A program made the translations under genes and the position numbers. The notes under the pieces are model-generated. The model was not told the origin of the DNA, did not search any database, and was given only the letters and a program-made list of their open reading frames with translations. From Paragordius varius (taxonomy: Eukaryota > Animalia > Nematomorpha), in assembly GCA_964247055.1 (NCBI GenBank), contig OZ176054.1, positions 9,734,001-9,798,000 on the forward strand: a DNA stretch of 64,000 nucleotides, in the 5' to 3' direction. Of the stretch, positions 50,420 to 63,681 are shown piece after piece. How positions within the stretch are numbered: position 1 is the stretch's first letter; each line of letters begins with the position of its first letter.

Positions 50420-51330
50420 AATATTGTTCTGGCCCTTACTAGTGATATAAGAAATTTATTTTTACTATTGTGGCAACCAACTACTTTATATAAAATGGCA
50501 AAGTTTGCACATTTTCAAAAATATTTTTTAGGCTAAATGCATTAATACGAAAATATCACTAAAATATATCATAAACTACCTAAAAGAAAAACAAAATTTT
50601 TAAAATTTATTTTTAGATGTGGTCTCCGAAAGTCCCAAATTTTTTCGCTCTAAGAAAAAACGTTGAGATTGCGCGATAAAATTTTTAAATATATGGTAAA
50701 TTTTGACATCAATTAGAAATATTTTACAAAAATACATACTTTTTACAACTAATTTTAATTAAAATTTTGTTGAAGCCTTCATCCCTATAGGCATGGAAAC
50801 TAATTATGATTAAATTCATGCGTCTTTAAATATATATAAAGTATATTGTGTTTTTTCTAAAATTGAAAGTAAAAGAATGTTTAGATTAAAATTCTGATGC
50901 TATAGAATGTTTAGCATCATTAAATTATATGTATTGATGTCAAATATATTTAAAAATTGTATCGCGCAATCCCTGCATTTTTGAGTTTATTTTAAATTAT
51001 TACCCATTTTGGCAGATCGAAAAAATATGTGGCTTTCGGAGCCCAAATCTAAAAATTAATTTTTTTGGAAATATTGTTTTGCTTTTTATGCGTAATTTAT
51101 CATATTTTTTGGAATGAAGCCTGTTGCTTTCTCCAAAAAAATTATTTTAAAATATGTGCAATTTCCATTTCTGATTTGGAGCACTCACCACAAAAGGGTT
51201 AATTATTTTTTTGAAACACTAGTAAGGGCCAAAATAAAAAGCACCATGATAATCCTGACATATTTTTCTTTATAATTATATATAATCTTCAAATTATTTT
51301 TTTATACCCCCGTGTTATGTGTGAGTTTTT
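50420..51330. mobile_element. Second foldback MITE of the 'CTAGCCCATTTT' family (single arms also at ~5680-6190 and ~61110-61420)
   Basis: Inverted matches ggcccttactagtg / cactagtaagggcc, gattgcgcgata / tatcgcgcaatc, and gatgtggtctccgaaag / ctttcggagcccaaatc. Confidence 0.75.
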
Positions 51331-51772
51331 TGGATATGAAAATGACGAATATTTTGTTATTTTTTCATATTTGGAGTTCGATGGACATATAATATCAATA
51401 TATTTTAAATAATTTTTAATATCATTTATTTTGAAAAAATGCTAATTGGTTATATTTAATTTTTGTCATGAGCGCCAAATTATTTTTACATTGATAAGGA
51501 AAATATTTATGTTTAACAGTGTGATTGGTTATAGTTTATTTTTTTATATGTAAGTGTTAACATGGAAATAAATTATAATGATACAAAGAAAATCGATATT
51601 TATACCTCTGATTAAAAATGCCTGGGTGATAGTTCTTATGTTCCTGTGCTCGATATCTATTGTTAAAATTTTTTATTTATATTTGAATATTAATATTTTT
51701 AAGATAATGTGATTATGTAAAAGATTAGACAATGTTTTTCATATCTTCTCAAGAAAAATTTCTAAGAATTAC

Positions 51773-54180
51773 TTGACAGATTTGCATAGGACTTTTTAAC
51801 TGTGCATTTCAATCCTTTCTTCTGTTTGAACATCAAAGCGCTAATTTCATATTTGATGGCTAGAGTAAAAATACGGACAACATCAAACAATTAAAATAAT
51901 GATTTTGTTAATCCTATTGTATCTTTTTCCATAAATTTAATATTTAAATCTACAACAAAATAAATGATAATATATGATATTCTAAATTTAAACTTCATAG
52001 ATAGGCAAATAATTTTATACAATATACGAAAAGGCTAATTATTATTTAATAAATTTTGATTTTATTGACGATTTTTAAAAGTTAATTATTAGATATTAGT
52101 GGTTTAATTAACAGTCGATGTAAGAGAAAAGTACGCGAATTTATACATAAAACAATTCATCTGACATTAAAGTACAAAAACACACAAGTTAAGTTTACCT
52201 AATTAACGATATACTTCAGTAATCATATCAAATTTTGTGCCTGAAAAAAACATTTTTTGCACGTATAAACATTAGTAAAAAAATTATTATTTGTTATATC
52301 ACTTTATGTTCCGCATGTGTTAATTGATAAAGCACATGTTTCTAACGGCATTTGGTATACCACACACCTACGAAGACGCTTAAATGTTAGATAAATTTAA
52401 TGAAACCAAACAAAATCGAAAAAAAGCATTACATATATCACAAAAAACAATCAATAGATGTCTAGAGCCGTTAAAAAGACTATCAATCTCTGTAGATATT
52501 ATTATTATACAGTTTGGAGTTTCTTTTTTCCTTTTTTATTAAAGGGTAAGGACTTTAATTGTATCCGGACATGTAAAGGCTTTTAACACTCGCCTGCCCT
52601 GACAGTGATGATGTAAAAAATGCGTAGTTTAGGGGTTCGAACTCTGGAACGCAGCGCAAGAGTCCGGCGCCCTACCTACTATGCCATCTCTGTAGATTGA
52701 TCTCAGAAAAATTGAATAAGCGTCAAATCTAAGATCATGAAATGACTTGTGAAATACTGCTTCAACATTGACAAAAGAAATATTTTATAGCATTCACACC
52801 GGTGATAAATAATGAATTAATTAATTATATTCAAATCGCAAATATCATGGATTGCAACTTGACAAGCTGTTTCATCCACAATAAATCCAAGTTTCCGAAA
52901 GATATGCTTTGTGTCTTGTGAAAGCGTATTATTTGGGGTTTTGTAAACTATTAATGCTCAACAATGTGGCAAAAATGTTTAATTAAAATACATGCTTCAA
53001 TTAAAAAACAACGGAAAACCAAGAAAATTTTTCTACATAACAAACCTTCGTTGCACAACAAAATCAATTAAAGACACCTTAAAATCACCTGGATAGACTC
53101 TTTTACACATCCGCTGAAGTATCTGGCTGCCATCTGACTCAATTTGCATAGATGGTGTTCGCAGAGCATAATAATTTCTAAGTTGTTTAAGGCTTATGGA
53201 TTGCCCAAAAAGTCCAGTTTCTCTGGACCAACTTTTATTACATTGAAAGATGGGTGAAATGTGTAGAAAATAATGTGTATTGAATAAAATATAATTGATA
53301 TCCTTTTAGAATTACATGTTTTACGAAAACCAAAAACTTATGAATTCACTTCGTAAAAATGAAAAAAACTGATTCAATAGAGTATATCTTCCCAACCTGA
53401 CGTCGATTACTTTTGGGGGTGCTTAGGAAATTGTTTTTTTGATTTTTATGATACAAACCAATAGTTTGTAAAAAAAAAATTATTAACGTTTGGTATATCT
53501 GGAATATAATTTGGTAATTAGAAAATTACTTATTTTATTAGTTATTATAATTATATTATTTGTAAAAACAAAATTCGTGCCTGTATTTATACATAATATT
53601 TTCGATTATAATTATTAGTTTTTTTTAGAAACACTTTGAGAAAAAGTTATAAACATTTATAATTTTGCTGAAAAAAAAATCCTCCAAATATTACAAATGA
53701 TGTTTTTAATAGTATAATAAAAATTTCAAAACATCCGTTATAATTAAAAATGTCAACTAAGGTGAATAAATAATAGTTAGTCGGTTTTGACGTATTCAAA
53801 TTACTTTGGCTAAAATATATATTGATGGCTATTTCGAATATCCTGAAATGACAAATATGACGCTTTTCACTCCGAGTTATAAAATACGCTGGTGGTGATG
53901 TAATTTGATGTTAATATTATTATAGACATTGCAAGTTACGCTTTTTAATTTTATTTGCCCTAAGATTAAAGAAGCTATTATCGACTTTCTTAAAATTTTT
54001 TAGAATGAACTTTACTATTATATTTTTTGTTGTTAACAGTTGTCCATTTGATAATTGGTAAATTTAATATAATAATATAATTTTTGCTGTACTATAATTC
54101 AGGCTGCAAGCCTAAGGATTTTCCGCTTTTTGCTCTGCCTTTGTGTAAAAAACAACAGAAGTGTTGAACATCTAATCAAT
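51773..54180 (-). pseudogene. Cytoplasmic (GAP-like and C-terminal) exons of plexin-like copy 2, with in-frame TAA codons
   Basis: Exon 53046-53177 (IIMLCEHHLCKLSQMAARYFSGCVKESIQVILRCL*LILLCNE) plus the exon from 52947 (YKTPNNTLSQDTK..) align by eye to recalled plexin [29 protein letters not shown]...YSLSED. Exon 51773-51949 (..F*LFDVVRIFTLAIKYEISAL..) resembles EIYSYVSKY..LIGAL. Splice sites are canonical. Confidence 0.5.
52520..52691 (-). mobile_element. tRNA-derived SINE
   Basis: Minus strand: A-box-like TGGCATAGTAGG (52675-86), B-box GTTCGAACC (52634-42), a ~100-bp body and an A-rich tail. No complete tRNA cloverleaf. Confidence 0.7.
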
Positions 54181-54690
54181 ATCTGCTTAGTAATGTTAAA
54201 ACTATTCAAACTGTTAGCCTATTATTCAATCATAGGGCGACATTTGATGCCTGACTACTCTCAACAAATATAAATAAATATCATTTTTAAAATTGAGTAG
54301 TCGATAAAACGTGGTTAAAATTATAGTTACTTAATTTTTTTGTCTATTTAGCGGCTGCAAAATCTGAATTTCGCGCAACTAAAAAATATTAAAATCACTG
54401 GTTTAATCTAATATATTGCGGTCCGAGGTTCATCCTTTTCCATAAGGCGTAATTTTAAAGAGCGCCATTTTTTACTATCTTAATTAAAACATTATTTTTT
54501 TAGGGGATTTATATAATTTGCACGTGTTTTGCTTTCATCTCTTTGATCTTTGTTATATATTTTTCAAATTTCCCAGTCCTTTATTTAATTATTATTATTT
54601 AGTATCATCGGATTTATATTATCTCAACTAGTAAAATGGAAATTATTCTATAAATATTTGTTTAATATTATTTAAATAAATATTCAATAC

Positions 54691-54861
54691 TTTCTTGCTC
54701 TACTTCCAGCGGTCTTATATTGAGCGCCATCAAAGCATGTGAATAGAGTTTTTTCTTAACTACATCCATCAAAGAAACGCCGGGAGTACGCCAAAATATA
54801 GCATACGTTTTTTGATCCATAGGCCCATATGTGACATGATTAATAAAGTATGGAGGCAAAC
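54691..54861 (-). CDS. Juxtamembrane-like exon of plexin-like copy 2: GLPPYFINHVTYGPMDQKTYAIFWRTPGVSLMDVVKKKLYSHALMALNIRPLEVEQE
   Basis: AG/GT boundaries at the same positions as 6952-7137; 171 bp, i.e. an in-frame 15-bp indel; open. Confidence 0.7.
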
Positions 54862-57800
54862 CTATTGTTCGATTATGTTAATTTTTGATTGTATCAGGGT
54901 TTATATAATGCGTTAGTTTTAGGGATTTGTATGATGTTTTTCTTAAATTTGAGAGCTCTCAAATTATTTTGATAAATGTTTTAATCCGAAAAATTCAAAG
55001 TTTTGTATTGCATTTATCGTATGAGCTACGAAAGTTGCACATTTTGGTTCGTTAATATGGGATTGTTAAAGTAAGCTTAAAATGCCAATTTTTGATAGAT
55101 TATTACATCACTGACAATTATATTTTTTTGACAGATATTTTGAATCAAAAAATTTGAGAAAATTAAGGCTTATATTTGTTAGAGCAACTGAAAGCGTTTC
55201 CTTAAATTCAATAAGATAGACAACGTGGCTTATTTCTGTCATGTTAGATTGATTGAAATCTTCGTTTGCCTTCAATTTAAAGTAACTTTGAAATGTGTCA
55301 TTAAAATATTTAACATGATATAGGCATCCAATAAAACAACAGAAATGTTCAACTGCGTATTAATTAGAAAGTTTTTTGTACTGGTTACCGTATTTTAACA
55401 CATCGTTATATTTTTGTATCTATTCCCCAAATTTTATTTATGGTAAAATTTTTTCAATTGATTTGGAGGAAATAATCTAGCATATTTAACGTTCCTCGGT
55501 ATTTTCGTAGATCTTAAAGCTAGCCCATTTTAACCGATAAAAATGTGGAACTTTCCAAGTTCATTTATATAATAATTAAATTTAATATAAATATATTATT
55601 TATTTTATTCAACATAAAATTTTCAACGGACAACCATAAATAATATCAATGACTCTACTCCGAAAAAGCACCATGAAAATTCTCATATATTTCCAATCAT
55701 ATTATCAGTTTTTATGAACCCCTTTTTGTATACTTTTTATAAATATAAAACCAAAAATGTTAAATTTTAGATCAAACCCATATATTACTATTACTTTAAG
55801 AAAATTGAAATACTATATTTGTAAAATAAGAAAAAAATATTTACCTTCAAAAATCATGTATAGGCTTAAAAATACTAAGTTCATTTTTTGAAAATTTGAG
55901 TAAGAAAAAAAATTATATAGTGAAATAGGGTGGTATAAGTACTATTTCAAATGATAAAAAACTTAGAATTAATTACACTTTTATATAATGGTAGCTATAT
56001 AATTAAAATATTATAACCCTATCATCAATATTGCTAGTTCACTCTTAATGTTTACTCAGATAAATTATATTTAATAAAATTTCTTACGAAATTGGGTCAG
56101 TAGATAAAGTTTTAAAAGCAAATTAGATAAATTAAGGTATGGTATTGTTTGTCTCCTAACCTATTGAGCTCAATATAAAAATTAAGTCAATATTATCTTA
56201 AGATCGCAAAATTCGCGCAAAAATATTTCAAGGCTAAATCATGCTCTCGGCTATATTTTTTATATTATATTAATAAATAAAATGTAAAAAAAGATAATTT
56301 TTACATATGAATGATTTTATAAAGAAAAATTCATGCTTTTAGCAATAGTGTTATATACATCTTTAGGTATCTATATATAATAAATATTAGCGGATATTTA
56401 TAAAATAAATAAAATTAGAAAATGTGTGAACCTTATTAATACAAAAACTAGTAACATGTAAATTTTTAATTTTGCTTTAAAACTTTAGCTTCAGGCCAAT
56501 ATAATTTTTTTCCCAAGCGTGACAAAAGCAAGATTATTTCCAATTTAAGTAATGGAAATGACGATGTCCTTAGAAAATTATATCAAATAGATGATTATAG
56601 TATTCAAATCAATAAAAATAGGAAAATGAATATATTATATAAATGAATTATATAAATGAAATTTAATTTTAACAATGAATTATGCCATTTATATATCTAA
56701 TACAGGGTGTCAATTAATTTTGACTAAACACACTAAAGTTGCGCCATGTAAAGCTCAATAATTAGGAGTGTCTTTATGCTAAACAAAATAACTTTTAACC
56801 ACTTCTTGTAAAGTGAACCAATAAGATATGTGGAGAACAACTGATTGTGATAAGATTAAACCAAATATCATATCATCTTTTAGCGATTTTTAAGGGTCAA
56901 TTAGTTTTAGGTTTTCGTAAAAAATGCAAATATATTGGTACTAAAAAAGCATTAATTTTTATTTTATAAATTTAAATAAAATTTGATAAATATTTCATAG
57001 CGGTCAAATTTTGGGATTTTTTGTTCTAATTTTTTTAAAAAACGAAGAATAAGTGGTGTGTGATCCGATTTCAGAGAAACGTCAAAAGTTAAAAGCTATA
57101 AACAGCTTAAAAATATAAATTTTGTTACTTAGCGCTGGATTATAATATTTGATTGTACACAAAGAATCTAAGGACACTCAATTTTAATTTTTAATAAAAG
57201 GCTTTGGTCCCATTGCAAAAGCTTTCAACTTTTTGAATCTACTAAAATATAAAACATTTCTCTAAACATAAAATTTTGTACTCCTGCACTCGGTGAATTT
57301 TTTAAAAAATGCATAAATTTTAAAAATGTTGTTGAATTTTTTTAACCATAATTATAATAGGATAAGTGTACATTTACAGGTAAAATGTTAGACGTGCTTA
57401 TTATAAATAATATATATTAGTTATGTAATTACGTTGTTAAAATTATAAGAATTGCGAAAATTTTTTATTGAAATTTCATTGGATATATTAATTTTACCTA
57501 TCTAATATATTATAATTATTCGAGGAGCCTTTTGCTCCATATTTTAAAACTCAAATACTATTATCAACTGTTTAACACCTTTGGGCGCCTGGCCGTTTTT
57601 TCTTTTATATGATTTTTCCCATTTTAATATCCAACCATCATCTTTGAACGTACAAATAGAATCCAATATTGGACACACTATGTTATTTAGCTATTTTAAT
57701 ATACAATAAGGTAGTATTTGCTCAGAAATAATCATATATCTCTCTTAATATACCTTATTAAAAAAATTATATATCGTTTTCGTTTGGGTTTCGAAATATC

Positions 57801-57940
57801 GTTTAAATAATAATATTATGAATGATATTATTGAAAAGTGTATTTTTAATGGCAAAGCTATCAAAAATAATATTAATTATAGGCCCTTTTCTCAAATACT
57901 CTAGAATGAATATAAAAAGACACCAAAAATAGATTTGATG

Positions 57941-58224
57941 CAGGGGTGTACAACACGGCTGGGATAGTATGTGCTGCTCACGAAAAATTACCATATATCT
58001 TACTCCATAATTTGCTAAACAAAATCCAAATAATATTGACGCTCCAGAAGAATTTATATTAGGCCTTTCCATACTTTGGCAACAAGTTAGCAAAAATTGG
58101 TGAATTAATAAGAATTTATATTGAAATTTTTTTGCAGTCTTATGTTCAAAATCCAATAAAATAATATAAAGATTTTATATAATTCATGTGCGGCCATCCA
58201 AGCCATTTGTGTTGGTCACCCCTG
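57941..58224. mobile_element. Small hAT-type MITE
   Basis: TIRs CAGGGGTGTACAAC and GTTGGTCACCCCTG; no clear TSD; absent from the left paralog. Confidence 0.65.
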
Positions 58225-58752
58225 ATAATTGTTTTAAAACCTTTTATTATGTTTTACATCTTAATCCAATATATTAAGCATAAAAATTAGTATACATTTT
58301 AAAATAAATGGTTCCCTTTATGCGCGCATATTATTGGCATAAATTCCGTAAATTTATATTTAAAAGGCCAGTAATGAGATAAGGTATTGAATTCGTGTTT
58401 CCAAACAATAGGTCTTTAACGCGTTCAAAGTGTAGTATTAAACTTAAATTTAAAGATGTCAACCTAAGGCAATATAGGTTACCGATACGATTATACATCT
58501 TCTATGTGATATATTTATTAGTCTTGGATTGCTGATTATCTTTATACGAATAAATGAATTTACACAGTTTTTTAACAGGAGTTTTTTTTATCGCATTGCA
58601 ATTTCAATATTTGAAATCTATTGCTTTATATTATATTTTTAATATTCTAGTATTGAATAATTGAAAGAATTGATTCGCATCTTCAATTTTTTTAAAATAA
58701 ATTCTATGGCTTTAGAGAGAGATTAATATAATAATAATAATATTTATATATT

Positions 58753-59894
58753 ATACTAGCGTAAATCTCGTGCTGCTACGCAGCCCGAGGAAGTCCTTCG
58801 GACTTCTGGGGGGGGTTTCGAAGTTTGGATTTGAATGGGTCTACCGGTTTTCCGGTACCAGATCACAAAGTTACATGAGGAATTAGTTTTTAGCGGGTAG
58901 CTCCTTACCCAGCAGCTATCATCAAAGAAACGCCTGACTAAAATTTTTGCCTTTTAACAGGGAATACGAAAAATCCTTATTGAATTTTTACAGTCTCATA
59001 CCTTGGGTAAAAAAAACAATCAAAAAATTATTTTTGTGGACGTTTTTTTTGTAAAAAATGGCATTTTACGGGGGTAGCGGGTAAAAAGAGGGCCTAAATC
59101 AAAAAAGTGAGTCGACTATGTTCAGCGCGATCAAAAATAAGTAAACAAAAATCACATTTGAAATTGAATGGTCCAACACGTTCTCCAAAAAATTGACTTA
59201 ACCTATTTTTCACACGGGGTAGGCCCGAACTGGGGACCTAATTCCAAAAACGGGCGAAGCTATTGTCGGGACATTTATTTATGATTATATTTTTTCGATA
59301 TTTGGATTTGATTGCGTTCACCGGTTTTCCGGAAACAGATCACAAAGTTACATGAGAAATCAGTTTTTAGCGGGTAGCTCCTTACCCAACAGCTATCATC
59401 CAAGAAACGCTTGACTAAAATTTTTGCCTTTTAACAGGGAATACGTGGAATCTTTATTGAATTTTTACGGTCTCATACCTAAGGCGAAAAAATCGATTTA
59501 AAAAAATATTTTTGTGGACTTTGTTTTTTGAAAAAGGTGGCATTTTACGGGGGGAGCGGGTAAAAAGAGGGCCTAAATCAAAAAAGTGACTCGACTATGT
59601 TCGGCGCAATCGAAAATAAGTAATCAAAAATTATATTTGAAATTGAATGGTCCAACACGTTCTCCGGAAAATTGTCTCAAAGACACGATTTTTGTGGACT
59701 TGTGTTTTCAAAAAAAACCGTTTTTCACACGGGGTGGGCCCGAACTGGGGGCCTATTTCAAAAAAAGGGCGAAGCTATTGTCGGGGCATTCATTAATGAT
59801 TATATTTTTTCGAAGTTTGGATTTGAATGGGTCTACCGGTTTTCCTGTACCAGATCACAAAGCCAGCATTTTCCATTTTTATAAATATATAGAT
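58753..59894 (+). mobile_element. Non-autonomous element, possibly Helitron/Helentron-like, built around a 477/515-bp internal tandem repeat
   Basis: Starts ATACTAGC with short hairpins (GAAGTCC-TTC-GGACTTC) and ends TATATAGAT next to T. Units 58820-59296 and 59297-59811, partial 59812-59861. Absent from the left paralog. Confidence 0.6.
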
Positions 59895-60054
59895 TTCGTT
59901 TATAATGGTATAAACTTCTTCAGATAATAAATAAGATAAAAAATAAATAAAAATTAAATAAAAATTAAGCAATGAATGACAATATGGTTATATTGTTAAT
60001 AATTGTTTTGATAGAGGTAATTGATTTGTAATGTATATGGTTGGAGGTGTTATA

Positions 60055-61100
60055 AAAGTAGTCACCTTAGACACACAATCTCTTTTAACAAAGATCCCGA
60101 AAAATGAAGTGATCGAAAAATTGGTACTCATGGCCTACATCCTGACATTCCAAAGTTAGTGAAAATATGCCTTTTCAATAATTATTTTTTGTAAAATAAG
60201 CAATACTATTTATAAAATACTGGTACCCCCATGGAATCCAGTCTCTCCTCAAACTAGCTTATATATACATGGAATCTTCCAAAAAACTTTGTTCAAATCC
60301 TCGACGCTATCCCCTAGATGTTGGTATCGATATGTGGAAGATATATTCATGATATGGCAACACGAAGAAAAAACATTTCTAAATTTTATTAATGACATAA
60401 ATCCCAAACACAACCCCCACGTAAACATTTCCTAGATGTGCTACCAAAAATCAAAAATTGTAAAATCCAACATACTATCCTTAGAAAACTAACACACACT
60501 AACTTATACTTAAATGCGAATTCCCTGCATCATCCACCCATTAAAATCAGCTTTAAATACTCTCATACACCGAGCCAATAGTCTTTCTGATGATTATAAT
60601 TTAAAATTCGAAATGAAAATTCTTTAAACGGCATTTCAACAAAACGGTTTTTCAGTTAAACTTTTTAACAAAATAGAACCACAAATTAATTGAAACTACC
60701 AAGGATTCAATCTCTTTTGTCGTTCTACCATACATCATGGATATCACAACCAAAATTGGACGTATCAACAAATATAAAGTGACAGCTATATATAAGCCCT
60801 CAAATTAATCTCTCATATCAGTTGAAAAGACAAAATTCCAAAAGAAAGCCTCCCGGTGTTTATTGCCCCTGTAAGGATACATACATAGGGGGGTCTAGAC
60901 GCTCAATCTTAACCGATGGAATGAACATGATTAATATATTCCCCGCAAACCCTATTGTAGATTAGCTGAGCATATAATCCACAATGAACATCACATAACA
61001 AATCGTAAAGTAATAACTAACATAGCTTAATACAATGCGCCAGAAAACTAGCTCCACCAAATTTTTAATTAATTTTCAAACAAATTATCCATTTTTTCTT
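60055..61100 (+). mobile_element. Penelope-like element remnant (RT plus GIY-YIG)
   Basis: VVTLDTQSLLTKIP (SxDVxSLFTxVP-like), GTPM, RYVEDIF, an S-H-HP motif, and PGVY..CPC..YIG followed by LAEH. Confidence 0.75.
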
Positions 61101-61849
61101 CAAAATTATGAATGTCAAATTCTAGCATATATTAAAATTTTATCGCGCAATCGGCCATTCCGCCTTTATTTTATGAGATATGCCCTTTTTTGACGAATTC
61201 GAAAGTTTTAAACTTTTAGAGCCCACATCTAAAATTTTAAATTTTGTGAAATTATTGTTTTCCAAATGTTGCATATCTATTTTAAGTGTGATCATTTATT
61301 TTCTGATATGGCGCAGTTATACAAAGGTTTAATTAGCTTTCTTATTCGAAAGGGGCAAAACCAATAAATATTCATGTTTTTTTCCTATTCGATTAAATAT
61401 ATTCAAATATTTTTTGTGGACGCTGATTTTAACCTTAAATCATTTTTCTACAGATTAAATATAATATAACCTAATAAAGTTTAAATTTACCAAATCGCCT
61501 TTTCTATTGTATTTTAAAGCCAAATTACGTTTTTTGGCCTTAGTTTAATTAAAACTTCTAAAACAATATAGATTATAGGATTTTCCAACATGTGGTCAAA
61601 ATTCTCAGAGATTATCAAATACAATCGAGATTCTATCACCCACTTTTCTATTATTTGATATATATTCTATTTTAGAATATCTCAATAGTATTAGATAAAA
61701 TTACTCGTTTTTAGACCGGTTCATTGTATTTAGATTTTAACGATAAATTATTCACAGCTGTTAATTAATTATCATCATGGATTGTATACAATAGCTTAAA
61801 TTAATTTTATCAAATTAAAAGGATGGATTGATTACTCAATTATATAAAC

Positions 61850-62130
61850 CCAGATCAAATTTTATTAGTGCTCAGATCGCAGAGTTATGCATCAGGAATG
61901 TTTTAATTTTATATAAGAAATAATGCAACTATTATTAAAATTTTTCCTTGTCCATGCACAATAGCCAAAGATTTTGCTTTGCTAATATCCTATAATGTTT
62001 GAAACTTGATCTAACTAAAATGTGGTTCGCTATAGAACTATCGCATTAAGCATAATCCGATTTAATAAAGCCTTTAAAGGAAATATGTTAGATATTTGTT
62101 GGAGCAAATTTTTTGGATGGTTGAATCATT
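61850..62130 (-). pseudogene. Degenerate exon of plexin-like copy 2 (GFIKSDYA*CDSSIANHILVRSS...)
   Basis: Homologous to 13330-13590; TAA at 62046-8 aligns to CAA in copy 1. Confidence 0.5.
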
Positions 62131-62264
62131 ATAATCCCTAAAAATATAAAATGAGATGAAAATTAATATGCTCATTATTTATTGGTACTAGCATCTATTA
62201 TAAATGAATCAACTAGATTTCTTTGTTGGTTAATAAATGTGTAGCTATTTGATTTTATTTGTAA

Positions 62265-62411
62265 TCAAACAGAAATTTTGGGTGGTGAAACGACCCAAAA
62301 CACTAATTTTCCATAAACCCTGTTGATATCGGGTTTAGGCCGATATACCAAAAAATATTCATCATCTTCGAAAGTTATTCCATTTATATCCACTTTGAAA
62401 CAGTTTTTCTC
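62265..62411 (-). CDS. Exon of plexin-like copy 2: EKNCFKVDINGITFEDDEYFLVYRPKPDINRVYGKLVFWVVSPPKISV-stop (3' boundary uncertain)
   Basis: Same acceptor as 13871; strong conservation with copy 1. Confidence 0.65.
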   Translation of the reverse strand, partial: EKNCFKVDINGITFEDDEYFLVYRPKPDINRVYGKLVFWVVSPPKISV

Positions 62412-62866
62412 CTAAAACATAAAATATTTTCTTTGATTAAGAATTTTAAATACACAGTAATTTTGATCAATGCACTTTGATTTTAGCCAATTTTCATTAT
62501 AGTAGCGCATGGGTGAAAACAGCAAATGGTTGAAATTGCATTTTGTAACTTAGAACATGAATTTATTTTATAACCCTACTGTATCACCGAATGGCCAACA
62601 ATAATGTGAATTTGCCAACATTAATGTTTATACTAGGATATCATCAGACTGCTTATAAGCACTGAATTCTTGCTATATAATACTTAAATAACTTAAAGTT
62701 TATTGGAAATATAATTTAAAATATTATATCGTTTTTATGATTCAATTAAATAATATAACACATTAAAACAGAGCAGGAGGTTAAATCTTTATATTTATTT
62801 GTGCATTTGTAATATTTGTATATTTCCCCTAAGAGTTATATGTAATATATATTTTAATTTAAATTA

Positions 62867-63054
62867 AAGTATAAGTAAGTATATATTGCTAGAAAGTTAT
62901 TAATTATTGCCAAATAGCATATGCAGCAAAAAGAATTTTTATTGGCTAATAATAGTAAAAAGGGAAAAAATAACTATAAGCCAATAATACTGCCCTTTGT
63001 TGTATATGCTATTTGGCAATAATTAATAACTTTCCAGCAATGTATACTTACTCA

Positions 63055-63059
<5 letters not shown>
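62867..63059. mobile_element. Second copy of the ~190-bp palindromic MITE, followed by (TA)n at ~63058-63097
   Basis: Near-identical arms to 12909-13092 (agaaagttattaattattgccaaatagcatatgcagca / gctatttggcaataattaataac..tacttactcatact). Confidence 0.9.
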
Positions 63060-63101
<42 letters not shown>

Positions 63102-63681
63102 ATATTTCATTGATATTTTTGTGGACGTTGTGCGGGAAAATTAAAAAATCATCAAATTTAAAATATCGAATCCAAAGTTTTTTATAACATAACATGAACA
63201 ATAATTAAATTTATAGTTGTATTATTATATTTTAAGTATGAATAATTTCAGGTCACAAAAAAGCAGTTTTAGGACCGCATGAGCAGTAGAACCGCGGTTT
63301 GATTATCGCTAATCTACAATATGATTAAAATCTACACGGTTACTTTTTCTATTATATATTTTTCGATGGCATATACAGCAAATAGCATTATTATTTGTCA
63401 ATAATAAGAGAAAAAAACTTTAAACCAATAACAATGCTATTAATAGGTCCATTATTTGACAATAGACGAAAAAATAGCAATAATAATCATAACTGTACGT
63501 CGTATCGAGTTCATCTATTCCGAGCCACCATATATTTTTACAACTTTTTTATTGCAATAAATTTTCATAGTTCCGCCACTAAAATGCCTGTCATATTTAT
63601 TACATTTTGATAAAAATATTTCAAAATGAAGTTAATTATGAGATTGGCCATTTGGTTATTAATTATATGAAATTAACTTAC

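Noticed and set aside
57803-58156. Hydrophobic 117-aa minus ORF as the missing transmembrane exon
   Set aside because: It spans the TIR and body of a hAT MITE (57941-58224) and has no counterpart in the left paralog.
59586-59927. Plus-strand ORFs of 113 and 70 aa
   Set aside because: They lie inside the tandem unit, and the same frames are broken in the neighbouring unit.
51773-62130. TAA/TAG reassigned to an amino acid (alternative genetic code)
   Set aside because: TGA stops and frameshifts also occur in these paralogs, one TAA aligns to CAA in the other copy, and gene X and the hAT transposase end in TAA. Pseudogene decay is simpler.
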